The notes beneath the pieces were generated by a model that worked only from the letters and a program-made list of their open reading frames with translations, did not search any database and had not been told where the DNA came from. The position numbers and the translations under genes are program-made. 64,000 bases of DNA from Eledone cirrhosa (lineage: Eukaryota), in NCBI GenBank assembly GCA_964016885.1, contig OZ024755.1:26536001-26600000 (forward strand), given 5' to 3'. This document shows positions 27,603 to 43,250 of this stretch, piece after piece. The stretch's first letter is position 1. The number at the start of each line of letters is the position of its first letter.

Positions 27603-29095
27603 CGTATGATGCAAAACGGTTATGAGAGGTGGCTGCTTAGTTTGACTACCCAGCAAATGTTGGGGTACATTGTGGCAGCCTCAGAAAACGGGACCGAAAA
27701 CGATCAATAATGTGATTTTAAGTTCTCTAAACATAAGAAAATATTGGGATTTTCAGCGATGGAATACGTTTGGCTGGAGTTCTGCTCTACGAGGACTGAA
27801 TTAGGGCTAAACAACGACAGCTGATATCACCATCTTAAACTATTATTACAACCCACACAACTGCCCTTATGAACACAACTGACACCCGCACCACTAGCTC
27901 CAACACCACGATCAATATAAATTCAACCACTCACAACCAATGCCATATTCACAACCACCATAACCACCAACACCAGTAATACAACCCTCACTCAAACCAT
28001 CACAATATCCAACACCGCCATCGTCACTATTATTACAATCCCCCCTCTCCAGCCACATCATTATTTACCACCACCATTATCATTACTATTAAATGAATAA
28101 CTTCATCCTCAAGAATCTTTTTAAATAGAGCTTTTATGTAATCGATGTAAAGTAAATAAATTAGAATGAGATTGTTCATTATATTTTTCTGTTATAGAAA
28201 TATCAATTTCCTGTCTTCTGTTCGTAATATTGTCGACACACATTTTTGAGTTTGTTATTGTTGTAGTTGTTGTTTTTGTTGATGGTGGTGGTCGTGGAGT
28301 TGTAGTGATGGTATTGAGTAATATGTTTTTATGGAACTCCTGAAGCAGGGCTACCCGACCCATGTAGAATCTACAAGGGTCCTATAGGGAATGGATTCTA
28401 CACTGTTTTTGGAATTCCTACCGTGAATTATAGACCTTTCCTTTCAACCACATGTTCACTTTTTGTTTTACTTCTTAATGCCCTAGCTCGGATTCAAAGC
28501 AATCGTGATTTCTCTGTCCGTAACTTTAGCTGAGAAAGATGTTACATATTATAGAACATTTTCTTTGTACCAGCTTATACGACGACATCGATTGTATATG
28601 AAGATACAGCGGTCCATCATTTGAACATATCTACCTTTCTAAACATTGATTCTGCTCAACAAAGAACACCCATACTGCTATATGTATGAATAAGAAACAA
28701 ACCCGAAAACAGTACAGGCTATGCAGGCTTTCGTTGAACCTTTGTTTAAGGATTTACTGCTTGACTTTGTTGTTGTATCTTGTGCTTTCCCTTCTACACA
28801 GCTATACGAGGGAACCGCAATGTACTTTATGGGTGAGTAACGAATTATTAAAAGTGAGCACGTGACAAAATGCTCTGGTGGGGCATGTTATATATGTAGA
28901 TTCCATATTTACGATCTTCGAGTTTAGAAGAACTCACGGGAATACCAATATTCCATGATACCATTAGCAATCCTCAACCTATTCTTCCTTTATAATGTAC
29001 CATTATATAATTAAGTATTAGGATTTTGTGCCAAATCCATGTCTCTACATACAATTATCTGATGCGAAATATTATCACATTACATTACATACATA

Positions 29096-29525
29096 CGGCT
29101 GCACTCTCGTTATCGAGTATGGCCATTGCACGATACAAAACAAAACAAAAGCATTAATGGTGCTGCGATCGAATGTGGCTTTCTAGCCCAGCCAATGATC
29201 TAAAATGTCTTGCACGGATTTGGCAACCATAAAAACATTCACTGGCAATAGCCGGCTGTTGTTGGTCGTCATGTACTTTTGCATGTCGTTTGAGCCCTCC
29301 TGGTGATCTACACAAGCTTGACAGGTATGATGAGTAGCATCTCCGATAGCAGCCTGGTAGTCCACCACTGGTCTCACTTTATGGCTGCGAAGATGACATT
29401 TGAGTCCAGCTTTCCTGAGTCAGAGTCTTGCACAGACGCTGCATGTCAGCACCATAGGAGGACCTTTGCTGTCTGGAAAAGTAACAGCAATGCCTTTCCT
29501 GACATCCCTTTTTATTTTCTCGTAA
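29096..29525 (-). mobile_element. RTE-type LINE 3' end with three degenerate C2H2-like fingers
   Basis: CSVCARL*LRKAGLKCHLRSH, HTCQAC...GGLKRHAKVH and CQIRARHFRSLAGLESHIRSQH*; terminus similar to 8.9k and 55.85k. Confidence 0.7.
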
Positions 29526-29545
29526 ACATACATACATACATACAT

Positions 29546-29868
29546 AGTTAACAGACTAGTTAGGAAATTACAAGTACAATCCATTAATAGAACAGTAAAA
29601 ATATGTAAAACATTCCAAAAATTCTGCATCTAATAACTGCATGTACAGATACAAAGCATGTGCACATGCACACATACAACTCAAAACATACACATCCAAA
29701 CATACAATAACATCCATACCTTCACACCCATGCATGCATGCAGACATGCATACATATCTACCTAGTTGATGTTGTGTAAATTTCAATGAGAGAGTTTTGT
29801 AACTATGTTAGAAACCGACTCTCTCTCTATTGGCAAAAGTTTATGAAATTCTCAAACGAGAAGAACAT
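29546..29868 (+). mobile_element. R4-like (CATA)n-associated LINE 3' end
   Basis: Highly similar to 4478-4790; (CATA)n at both junctions. Confidence 0.9.
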
Positions 29869-31019
29869 ACATACATAATACATACATATAGCATGAACTC
29901 ATTGTTAACTTTGTGTTCATATATTTAATACTGAAATATAAAAGAGACTAAAGTAGCAATAATTATATGGTGACAAAAATATTAATCTCTGACTAATATT
30001 AATTTAATATTTTCAGCATGCATAAGACTCAACTTAAAATATTTTCAGCTTTATTAGACCTTCTCAGCGGGGATTAGATTGTCACCGAACTCACTATGTA
30101 AATATGTAATAATGTATATTTGTAAGCACATTGTAAGACATGGCTGTCAGATATACTTTGTTACTCTCGAAATATTTCATATAGCCACATTTTTCAAGTG
30201 ATGTATATAAGTGAATTATAAAATTGAAGAAACATTATTGATAGCATATTTCGTTGATAATTTGCAACCTCATATTCTATTGTTGCACTTTCATTTCTTG
30301 TTCTCATAAATATATACGGATTCTCTATTTTAAATCTTTGCAAGATATACATATTTCCATTGCTACGTCTAAACTAATTAGAATTTGCGATTTAATTAGA
30401 ATCTACTATTTTTGACTTTCCATTCGCATTTATAATTGGACGTCTCCTATAAATATGCGCCTTTGTTCTGTATCAATAAATTCCGTCGCCAATACCACCA
30501 TTTTCTTGGTTAAAGTGACTAAGAAATGTAATATTGCTGTCGTTATTACAAATGAAAATATGCTACTATCATAAATTAATGCTTCTGTATCTACGGAAAT
30601 AAGAATATATAAAACAAACGCTACATCTGCTGCCAATGGTTTCGTGAAAAGATAAAACCTGTAGAAATACGAATAATATCTGTTAGTCATTTACTTAGAC
30701 AAATGTATTTACTAATAGCTGAACGTGAAACGGTGTTAATTTCGTGGGAAATAATAGGATACATTATGAAAGAATTGAAGTAACAGGTGCAATGAGGTAA
30801 GTCAGTTATGTAAAGATTTTTCTCCTGAAGTTAGCAGGAGAAAATTAAATAATTATATTATAGTATAGTTATATAATTATAGTATAGTGCAGACAATTTG
30901 GCAGGAGTTACATTGAGAGGTAAGAGAGAGAAGGATAGAAAATAAATAGAGGAGAAAAGCAACAAGAAAAATGGAATAAAAGAAAATATGTTCATTGTTA
31001 TAGAGTAAAAGTTTTCTAA

Positions 31020-31183
31020 TCGTTTCGGACGCATGCTTTCCAGCATAGTTACGTCCCTTTACGATCTGAGTTCAAATCCCGCCGAGGTTGACTTTGCCTT
31101 TCATCCTTACGGGGTCGATAAAATAAAGTACCAGTAATGCACTGGTTAATTGCTGGCCTTGTGCCTAAAGTAGAAACAATTAT
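31020..31183 (+). mobile_element. tRNA-derived SINE, 5'-truncated
   Basis: B box, core and tail. Confidence 0.9.
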
Positions 31184-31895
31184 GTTACAAACCGGTCCTG
31201 AGTACGAATGAATGCTTATAAAGCGATTTGTTCGTAATCACAGAGTGAATAATTTGTTTAATGGAATCACTCGGGAGTTATAAGGTTGTAATATATTATA
31301 AATGGTTTGCGACCGAGATATTGTAAGTGGGTTTTGCCGTTTTAGTGCTGACTCTAGGTTTAGGGGTTGGTATTTTCAGAAAGAAAAAAATTTTTTTTTA
31401 AATATGTAAGCAGTTCCTGAAAATCTCGCTTTTATAGTTAAGCTGATCGGCAGATAATTTTAACCCCAGAGAATTCTAGATTTTTCACTGGCGCCAAGTC
31501 CTCACAACTTTGAAGAAGTGTTGATATATGAATTGGATGTTTGCGGTACTCTCCATTTTATTTTATGGACGATACCTCTGCCTATTAATGCCCATCACAG
31601 GTTTGGCTAAGGTAGTCAGTGATTTCATTTAGGTTTGAAAGTTTAAACATGTGAGTAAGGTACTTTCCTTGGGCTTAGCTTCTACCAGACCCAAATATCG
31701 TCTTCTATCCACTGTCAGGTATTCTCAGCCGTAACATCTGTCGTCTATGCAATCGGTTTTATGTTACAAGCCTATCCGAGTGAGTATTCATCTTTTCCCT
31801 GCATGAGTATTCAGGTTCTTTATCGAGCTTATTTTTTTGTGGTTATCAATGATTTCTTGCAATGAGGACATGAATATTTCCATGTATGTATGTAT

Positions 31896-32264
31896 GTTCT
31901 TCTGGTTTTATAATTTAACAAATTTATTTGCCAATAGAGAGAGTTTCTCACATAGATTCAAGACTCTCTCATTGGAATTTACACATCAACTAGGTATGTC
32001 TGCATGCATGCATGTATGTATGTGCAGGTATGGATGTTATTGAATGTGTGGACGTGGATGTTTTGAGCTGTATGTGTGCATGTGCATATGCTTTATATAT
32101 GTATAAGTGTATATGCAGTTATTAGATGTAGAATTTTTTGAATGTTTTACATATTTTTACTGTTCCATTAATGGATTAGACTTGTAATTTCTTAACTAGT
32201 CGTGTTCTTTCTGTTTCTGTGAGGCCCAGCTTCTCAAGATTTGTATACTAACATATCCCAGTGC
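31896..32264 (-). mobile_element. R4-like (CATA)n-associated LINE 3' end
   Basis: Reverse-complement match to about 4400-4790 with internal deletions; (TATG)n at the 3' junction and GTACGTATGT at the 5' junction. Confidence 0.85.
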
Positions 32265-32268
32265 GTAC

Positions 32269-32358
<90 letters not shown>

Positions 32359-33098
32359 ATATTCTCATATTTACATAGCACAATTTATATCATTATATAT
32401 AGATACATAGAAATATTGAGAGAGAGAGAACATGGGGGAAGGAAGACAGGAGGAGAGATAGACTGACAGTGAGATCAAAAGATGAGAAATATATAGTCGA
32501 GCTAGATTGATATACATTTATGTAATGCTTTCTCAATTTATTACTACAAATATTTACTTATCGTCATATGTAATGTGGCGTTAACATCCCGGTCAATCTT
32601 GCTAGATATTGGTGATCTGAAGTGATAATAACGTTACGTATGGATAAACATACGTATAAAAATACTAGCATGGATCACGGAAAGATATATCATACGATAA
32701 TCAGATTTCTCTCCTAGCAATGAATAACCAGCAATATATAATACGGCTAACCTTATCTACAGAAATTGTGTCTGAGGAGAAGGCGGCTACGTATGTGAGT
32801 GTATGTAGATATGTGTATGTGGATGTCTGTGTGTTTGTGTGCGTGCATGTGTTGTAAGCGATGGTTGAGTGTAAGTGTATATGTGTATATGTGTATATGT
32901 GTATATGTGTATATAAATGAAAGACGATCAGAAGGATAGATAATACACAGATTACTCTGAACATTTGAGTATGTGTGAGTGAATGTATGTCTGCGTTTCT
33001 ACTTACACACGCACCTTCACACAGAGCCGCACATACACACCCACACACGGAAACACACACAAACACACACACACACACAGATATATAACTATATATAT

Positions 33099-33189
<91 letters not shown>

Positions 33190-33231
33190 ATATTAGTATG
33201 CTTGCACGTGTAGGAATGTTGATATATATAC

Positions 33232-33345
<114 letters not shown>

Positions 33346-33880
33346 CAACATGCCTACATGCATAAGCGTACTAACTATACTACATATAATCCCTTCAGAA
33401 ACGTTTGTTTAAGATATGCATGTTTGTTTAAGATATGCATTTTTATATTCATTGTATGTATTTTCCTATGTTTTTTTCCTAATGAATCCTTTCAAGTGAA
33501 AATAAATAATCTCTCTATGATCGTCTTTGATAGTAATCTCATGAAATACACTTCTGGTTCTAGCTTATCTCTAATCTATGACCGAATGATTTTGAAAACA
33601 TTAAGCTCAAATCAGATATACTAGGGTCAGTTTTCAGTGACTTCCCGTGAACATTATCTTAAAATTAGTTATTATTCCCGATTAAGTCTTATGTTCGATT
33701 GTTATCCTATGATCAGCGATAGTGTAAAAGAATATGACCATAAATGTTATAAACAATTATCTAGATGTATTAGAACGATGTCCAATGTTGCTCGGTAAAT
33801 AAAGTTGTAGTCAATTTATTGAACGTGAATCGTTGTAATACAACAAGAATTTATTTCAGACATATATTGTTTAAAATAAT

Positions 33881-34062
33881 TGTTTCTACTTTTGGCACAA
33901 GGCCAGCAATTACCCAGTACGTTACTGGTACTTTATTTTATCGACCCCGTAAGGATGAAAGGCAAAGTTAACCTTGGCGGGATTTGAACTCAGATCGTAA
34001 AGGGACGTAACTACGCTGGAAAGCATGTCCGACTCTCTACCGATACTGCCAATTCACCACAC
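33881..34062 (-). mobile_element. tRNA-derived SINE with 13-bp TSD
   Basis: TSD TGTTTAAAATAAT at 33868-33880 and 34063-34075. Confidence 0.92.
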
Positions 34063-34357
34063 TGTTTAAAATAATGTCATAGAGATAACAGGATATTATT
34101 TCATACTTCATAAAATCTGGCTTTGTATTTCAGTAATCCATTTTGAAAGGAAACAACACACGCACAAACATTCATTTCTACCTCCCCTTTTCTCTCTATC
34201 CTCCTCATTCGCTCACAGTCCTACACTGACATATGCACGAAGTTGAAAAATATATTACTAGTCCAGTAATGGAGTCACTTTGTGTGTGTGAGCAATGAAA
34301 ACCATGACTTTGACAATGTGATTAATTAAGTTGTATTAATGACGACAAATGAGATTG

Positions 34358-34718
34358 CATTGGATTTGCAGTATCAGTAGAGGGTCGGACGCCATGCTTT
34401 CCAACATAGTTACGTCCCTTTACGATCTGAGTTCAAATCCCGCCGAGGTTGACTTTGCCTTTCATCCTTACGGGGTCGATAAAATAAAGTACCAGTAATG
34501 AACTGGTGATTGCTGGCCTTGTGCCTAAAGTAGAAACAATTATGTAGGTCGGTGATGTGAGGCGGTGAATTGGCATTATTGGTAGAGCTTCGAACACCAT
34601 GTGTTGCAACATAGAGTTCAAGTCCATCATTACAGGGTCGATAAAATAAAGTACCAGTAACGCACTGGGGTCGATTTAATCGACTTTCCCCTTTCCCCAC
34701 GTCAGAAACCATTATTAT
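34358..34718 (+). mobile_element. Two tandem SINE copies (second internally deleted, long-tail subfamily)
   Basis: Copy 1 at 34358-34543; copy 2 at 34558-34718 contains GGGGTCGATTTAATCGACTTTCCCC. Confidence 0.85.
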
Positions 34719-35070
34719 TATACATTGCTAGGTTTTAAGATTCGTAACAGCGCAAATTAGGATGGCTTTATTAATTTGATATTCACACAGTCAATGAGAA
34801 AATACTTGCAAAGTCGAACCATTGATACATAATGGAACGATTGCATTTCTTGTAAATTTACATTCCAAAATCAGTTATATAATATATTGTAAATATGATT
34901 GGTTACTGAAGTTGATCTGGCAGCAGTGTATCTTACATTATGCAACACAAATAGGAAGCAAATACTATTTCCAAATGCGTTGCTGCTGCAAATTAAAAAT
35001 GTGAATGTTCTCGTATGCTACAAGATATATATCACTAACCAAATAATTCCGAACAGAATTATCAGTGATC

Positions 35071-35195
35071 AATAATTGTTTCTACTTTTTGCACGAGGCC
35101 AGCAATTACCCAGTACATTACTGGTACTTTATTTTATCGACCCCGTAAGGATGAAAGGCAAAGTTAACCTCGTCAGGATTTGAACTCAGAATGGA
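35071..35195 (-). mobile_element. tRNA-derived SINE, 5'-truncated
   Basis: Tail, core and B box present. Confidence 0.85.
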
Positions 35196-35732
35196 AATGT
35201 CACTCAACTTCAATTTGCAAACAACAATCTAAATTATAGAATATATAGAAGACACCGTTTCGAAAAATATTGACAGCACAAAACAATGATACATAAAATT
35301 CAAACAGCTTTTAGGATGAATTACAACCATCTTCTGCTGATCATTGAAAACAAAGTTGGCAATACCACAAGTAGTCAACTTGTTTACACCGAAAACATAA
35401 TCCATATATATATTTAGTTGTTTCTTTCTCGATTTATATTATTGTTATTATTTTATAATTAATTTATATGGAAACATACCGAGCAAACAGAACATACAAT
35501 GATAACATCACATTGGGTTCTGTTTGTAGAAAACTACATGTGAAGTAAACCGTTCTGTACGTTATTATTTCTACTAATAAACATCGTATAATTATAATTA
35601 TCAAAGTCGTTATAAATGTCAGGTTTCAGACTCTAAAATAATCTCGCAGCTAGTTGAAACATCACGCATACATGAATGTATACAATATATATATATATAT
35701 ATATATAACGTTGAAAGATATATATATATGTG

Positions 35733-35816
<84 letters not shown>

Positions 35817-35894
35817 TCAATACTCATCATTTTCCATTTCTAAACACCACTACCAGGCTACAATTTCTTTAGTAAAAAATACGGCGAAAGCTTT

Positions 35895-35963
<69 letters not shown>

Positions 35964-36162
35964 CTTGATTACAATATGCAATGTAAAGTTGCCTAAAACC
36001 TTGCTATTCTTTGATCTTGTCATACCGGCCATCAGTGCATTTCAGTTTCAGTTCATTTAAATCAATTACGATAATTTTCTTCCATATTTTCTTTAATTAA
36101 TATCAATTACGTTGGCTTTGTTCTCTCTCTCTATCTTTATATATATCTATCTATCTATCTAT

Positions 36163-36514
36163 CTAAGGCGGGTAAAATTCCCGAGATCCATGGACGAGTT
36201 CTCTCCAGCGGTCTCTGTCCCTCATTATCGCTGCCATATCCTGCATCTCCAACAGACCAGTGTCTGTCCTTAGGGCATCAACATATGTTAACCTTGGTCT
36301 TCCTCTTCTAGTGTGTCCATGTAGGGGCTCCCAAAGGAGCACTGAGTGCAATGTCAACTCTGGATGTCGGTGAGCATGTCCAGCCAACCTCAGTCTCCTC
36401 TGTGTCACTTTTGAGCTGACTCTTGGGATGCTCCCATACAGCTCTGAGTTTTTCATCCTCAGTGTATACTGATTAATGTCCAGAGCCATCCTCAACATTC
36501 TCGTGTAGCACCCA
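36163..36514 (-). mobile_element. RTE-group LINE 3' end flanked by (TAGA)n-like repeats
   Basis: GCYTRMLRMAL...RRLRLAGHAHRH...LLWEPLHGHTRRGRPRLTYVD...DRDRWR is a canonical RTE-group ORF C-terminus. Confidence 0.9.
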
Positions 36515-36650
36515 TTTATTTATCTACCTATTTATCTACCTATTTATCTATCTCCCAATTTATCTACCTATTTATCTATCTCCCAATCTACCTACCTATC
36601 TATCTATCTATAATAATGTTTTTTAAAAAAATCAATATTCTTGTTATTAA

Positions 36651-36838
36651 TAATTGTTTCTACTTTAGGCACAAGGCCAGCAATTACCCAGTGCATTATT
36701 GGTACTTTATTTTATCGGCCCCGTAAGGATGAAAGGCAAAGTCAACCTCGGTGGGATTTGAACTCCGATCGTAAAGGGACGTAACTATGCTGGAAAGCAT
36801 GGCGCCCGACCCTCTACCGATACTGCCAATCCACCACA
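36651..36838 (-). mobile_element. tRNA-derived SINE
   Basis: Full-length copy. Confidence 0.9.
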
Positions 36839-36957
36839 AGAACTTTGCACATATAATTTAATATCCAGACTTATAAGCTACAATTACAACTTCAAAAATC
36901 ATTTTATCAAAAATGAACCTTTCGGCAGCTTACGAGATTCTTAGAAATATAATTTAG

Positions 36958-37235
36958 AAAATATATCGGCCGCTTTCTGATTGTTTTGTCATTAAAACTA
37001 TAGCCGTGGAGGCTTCTGCCAATCTTGTCCCCGAAGCACCACTCTAGTCACTGCTATCAGGGTGGATGTCACTACCCGCATCAGTTAGCCCCGCAAGTTG
37101 GAATGGATATTTCAACGCAACTCCATCGCTATCTCCCGAGGTAATGCTTTCTGTATTCTGACCGGTGGGACCATGAGGAGGCTTGGGCCTGGGATTCTGT
37201 ACGCCAAAGAGTGTTCTTCTGCATTATTCTGTATT
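36958..37235 (+). mobile_element. Decayed CRE-like RLE non-LTR retrotransposon 3' end
   Basis: YRPLSDCFVIKTIAVEASANLVPEA then, after a frameshift, PRKLEWIFQRNSIAISRGNAFCIL, matching the IAVETxG...LFQRLSIAIQRGNAxxIL end of CRE-clade ORFs; absent from the ORF track. Confidence 0.7.
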
Positions 37236-37895
37236 ACTGGGTAGAGAAGTTATAAGCTGCTTAAATTCATGTTTATACACCCATTCACTGTCCATGTCTA
37301 AAATTGGATAATCTCTTACATAACAATTGTTCTATAAAAGCTAAAAAGTGAAAACAAATATATTTAGCTTATTGAAGTATTGTTACATCTTCTGACTTAA
37401 ATCGGCATGATGCATATGTCCTCTGCTTAACTGGTAATACTTTTTGTGCTGCCTGAATAAGCTATTTGTTATTTCTTGTTAGAAAAAAAATGGAAATTTG
37501 ATAAACGAAGGATTGAACGCATGATTAAATATAAATCCAAACACTTATGAAATAAAGCATTAATGAAATAAAGCGGAAATATTTTAAAGTAAACGATCTT
37601 TATTTTCCTTCATCCTTAATCACATGATTTTCCGCTATCAACTTCTTAATCACCATATTCTATTGGCATGAGGGGTTCTATATATGTAAATTAGCATATG
37701 TATATGGATGAATAACCAGATAAGCAGATAAAGAATGAGGAAAATAAAGTAAGAAAGTAGAAAAAAAAATGAACGATAATACAAAATAAGATTTAAAAAC
37801 AGTCCTGTATTCTCTCAATCGTAATTTTATTTTCCATTTGCAATCAGAAAAAATATGAACAACCCTCTCGCTCTCTCCTTCGCTCATGTATATAT

Positions 37896-39115
<1,220 letters not shown>

Positions 39116-39146
39116 TGTATGTATGTATGTATGTATGTATGTATGC

Positions 39147-39245
<99 letters not shown>

Positions 39246-40093
39246 ATAATACTCCGTATTCGCACCACCAACTACACAAATGAAGACGGGTGAGCTGCAT
39301 TACGTTGAGTACTCTCCATAATATTACATCAAGATTGACCATACGGAATGACCAATTCTATCCAGTGGTGAACCAACAAACCTAAGTGAGTGTGTTTCTT
39401 ATTGGCAACATGACCCTCCCAAAGTATAACAATAACGGTTTCAACACACGTTTTCAGATAAAGAATCTTGCTATACAAATTCAGAAACGAAATATATATA
39501 TATATATGTAGTGTGTGTGTTTTATGTAAAAGATTTCCCAAGGAATACACATGGGAGGTCATTACAATACAATGATGTTATATAACGGTTTATCGTTTCA
39601 GAAAATGAGATAAGAATATTAATTCTTTGGATGCTAGTCTTTCATCAGAAGTTACAATGAGGAAAAGAAGAGGAGAGGGTGTTTGGAAGAAGGAATAGGA
39701 ATATAGATAAGAGAAGTCAACGAAAGAAAAATAGGAATATTTTTAGACCGGAGGAAAACACTCCGTATATACTTAGTTCTTGCACAATATCACACCCCTT
39801 TAAAGTTTACACAAACAGAAGTCAATCGTGTCATTATAACTGAGTACTGATAATTGAGGATGACGGTGAATTCATAATATCTCACCTCCATTTAAAGATT
39901 TTATTTGAGAAAGGTGGATAGAGTGAATGGTTACCAAGAGAATGTTGTTCGGGCTACTATTAAGCTTCTGAATACAAACAATCCGCTAATAAGCCAATCC
40001 AGATTGCGGAAGTTAATTGACAATATTCCCCAACTAATTTTTACAGAGATTCAATCATAATCGCAACTGTATACACACATGCACTATATATAA

Positions 40094-40410
<317 letters not shown>

Positions 40411-40604
40411 TGCGCGTGCGCATATATATATATATATATATATAGAAATATCAGCCAGATCAGGCTTAAATTCCTCCCCATCACCCTATAAACAAGGAAA
40501 CACACAATCGATAATGTATTTCTAAGTGTAGTATATCTGGAAAGATTGGTTGATAGTTAAAGTTAACAGTGGCTGACATGATGCTAAACAACAACTACAC
40601 CACT

Positions 40605-40850
40605 GAGGAGGTCAACTTTGCCTTTCATCCATTCGAGGTCGATAAAAAAACGTACAGGTCTATTACTCGGGTCGATTCTTCCTCTATATCTCTTTCTCAC
40701 GTCCATTCTCTCAGACTCTATCCCTCTCTGGAAGAAATCTACTGTATTCAGACCTGGAGAAGAGATGGGCTCCACGAGGTCTTTAAACTGCCTTAAGAAA
40801 CACACTATATCATGGCACCCCTACGACTTCCTCACGAATTACGGGACCAT
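40605..40850 (+). mobile_element. SINE core joined to an alternative 3' tail
   Basis: GAGGTCAACTTTGCCTTTCATCCATTCGAGGTCGATAAAA followed by the tail shared with 7240-7450. Confidence 0.65.
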
Positions 40851-41919
40851 GCATGCTTCACTATGTCACAGCACATAAAACATGTGATCCATATTTCAAA
40901 TACGACTGAGGAGTATTTAGATAGTATATTTAACATATCTTGTAAACTATGCATATATTCATTTACCCGCTTATTATAATGGTGTTATGAGGCGTACTTA
41001 ATTTTCTTAACTTTTCAAGAAAATTATAGGCAAATCGAAAACTGTTGCGAGAACTTAGAGTTAAATATAGAACGTCTTGGAATAATTTACTCTGGCAATT
41101 GAGATTATTGGTATTTGTTGAAGCATAATAAGATTGTGCTTGTCATTCAATACCATAATATCTGTTTATTCCTCTCACTATTTAATTTTCAACATGTTCC
41201 TGCTCTGTTTCTCCTTCGATCCATTTTCCAATGAAAGAATACAAAAATATCCAATAATTTCGTGTAATATCTTTCAGCAGCATTAATTTACTGACTTTAT
41301 ACACATACAACATAACACTTGCTCCAAGTTATTTTTCTTCTTCTGTATAGATGCCCTGATAAACGCTCGGTTTTATTAATGAGAGGGAATCAATTTTTCA
41401 AACCGAGTCTTGAAGTGTGTCTGGCATCAGTTATGCTGGGATTTTCTAACATGAATGCACTTTGAAACAAGAAATGTTGATATCCTTAATCAAGTATTCT
41501 AAGTCGCTGGAGATCACTAATTGACATCTTGACCTCTTATGTTTAAATTTGTATAGCATGATACACGTACATAGAATATGGATGAAATATTTTCACTTGA
41601 GATAACTAATTCCATACAGGTTGTACACACTGATACAATGTAACAATGTGGTTATTCCTAAAGAGAGATATGTTCATCCGGAAGACTGCTGCTACAACAT
41701 TTTTTATAGATATGTCCCCACTGGCCTGCTTTCTAGAACAGTCAAAGATCTCTTTCGTGAGCGACAAAGATATATACACAACTCGAAATAGGATGCATAC
41801 GCTTGTAACAAATGCTTGTAGCAATTGATCTAATACATATAATATTCTAATGGTTTGTTGAAAATCATATACACTTGGAGCCACCAGCTGTTTAATTTAA
41901 TCAGAATGAGCGGTCAGTA

Positions 41920-41992
41920 GGCCCTTGGTGAAATGGTTAATGCACTCGCTCGGTATTCGCTAGATACAGATTTCGAATCTCTGTAGTGGATG
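41920..41992 (+). pseudogene. tRNA-like relic or SINE head
   Basis: A-box-like TGGTGAAATGGT and T-arm-like CAGATTTCGAATCTCTG at tRNA spacing; acceptor and anticodon stems pair poorly. Confidence 0.4.
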
Positions 41993-42150
41993 GTTGTTAC
42001 AGCTTTTCGTTTATAGGTTTTTACCAATTGTTTTTAGGTATTATTTATAGCAATAGTTTGATCTTAGAGTTATTTTCAGCTTTTGGGATTCCTACATATT
42101 CAAATATCAAATCCCTCAGTGTGTCGATAATATATATATATATATATATA

Positions 42151-42313
42151 TAACGAAGGAAATGTGGTAAGGAACCAGGTGGACCATAACGCATCAAAGT
42201 ACTCAATACTTAGGGTAGTAGAGTGGGTAATAGGAAAGAGTAGGACCCCGACGGCTGAGCTCAAGCCGTTTCGTCGAAACGGCTTGAGCTCAGCCGTCGG
42301 GGTCCTACTCGTT

Positions 42314-42318
<5 letters not shown>
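42151..42318. mobile_element. Fold-back PLE remnant, family A
   Basis: Near-perfect palindrome centred on GTTTCG-T-CGAAAC at about 42268-42280; (TA)n flanks. Confidence 0.8.
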
Positions 42319-42374
<56 letters not shown>

Positions 42375-42396
42375 GTTAAAAGAATAGAGGTTACCA

Positions 42397-42427
<31 letters not shown>

Positions 42428-42711
42428 TTATATATTCATATATGGTATAAACAGTAATACCCCATAACACTAAAGATAGAAGGTGTAGACACAAAGCTAA
42501 ACGCATAACACCAAGTACTACCCCATTATACAACACTATTGCACCTACATTGCCAAAAGCTTTTCTGTAGAATAAAGTATATATAATGATAAGCAATATC
42601 GATACCGTTAAGATTTTCACAATAGTTAAGTAAATTGCTATCGAAACAGTAAAAGCTTAACCGTTGGCCAGAAAAAAAAGAAAAAAAAAAAATATATATA
42701 TATATATTTGT

Positions 42712-42750
<39 letters not shown>

Positions 42751-43117
42751 ATCTACTTAATACATATTGCCTGAGCATATGTATGTTAGTCAGAACAGCA
42801 TTACTCATTAGAATATTTCCTCGAGATATTTGTCGGTTTTGTAACTTGAACATACTTGATTTTGCAATTGAGTCCAATAAATGATGGTAGAAAGGAAATG
42901 AAAGCCATCACAAGAATTCTGTAAATTCCGATTGCGATTCGTGAAAATATTGTTAGCTAAATTATGTATGGATCTCTTATACTTATATAAAAAGTTACTA
43001 TAATCTGCAGTAAATTCAATTCCGTTTGGTCTATGTCTTTGTTTATATTTTCCGTTGGGTTTTGGCGATCTTACAACATTTATTCTTCCTCCTTCATTCA
43101 TTATTCTGTTTCTGTTT

Positions 43118-43250
43118 AGCTAATTGGCAGAGTGATTAATACGTCGGATAGAATGCTTTCCGGTATTCGTCCCACCTCTGAGTTCAAATCCCGCCGTGGT
43201 CAACTTTGCCTTTAATCTTTTCGAGGGCGATAAATAAAAGTACTAGGGTC
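43118..43250 (+). mobile_element. Degenerate tRNA-derived SINE
   Basis: TGGCAGAGTG A box, GAGTTCAAATCCCGCC B box, partial core. Confidence 0.75.

Noticed and set aside
41600-41885. Non-repetitive ORFs near the tRNA-like relic
   Set aside because: No recognisable motif in the frames examined and no convincing splice signals
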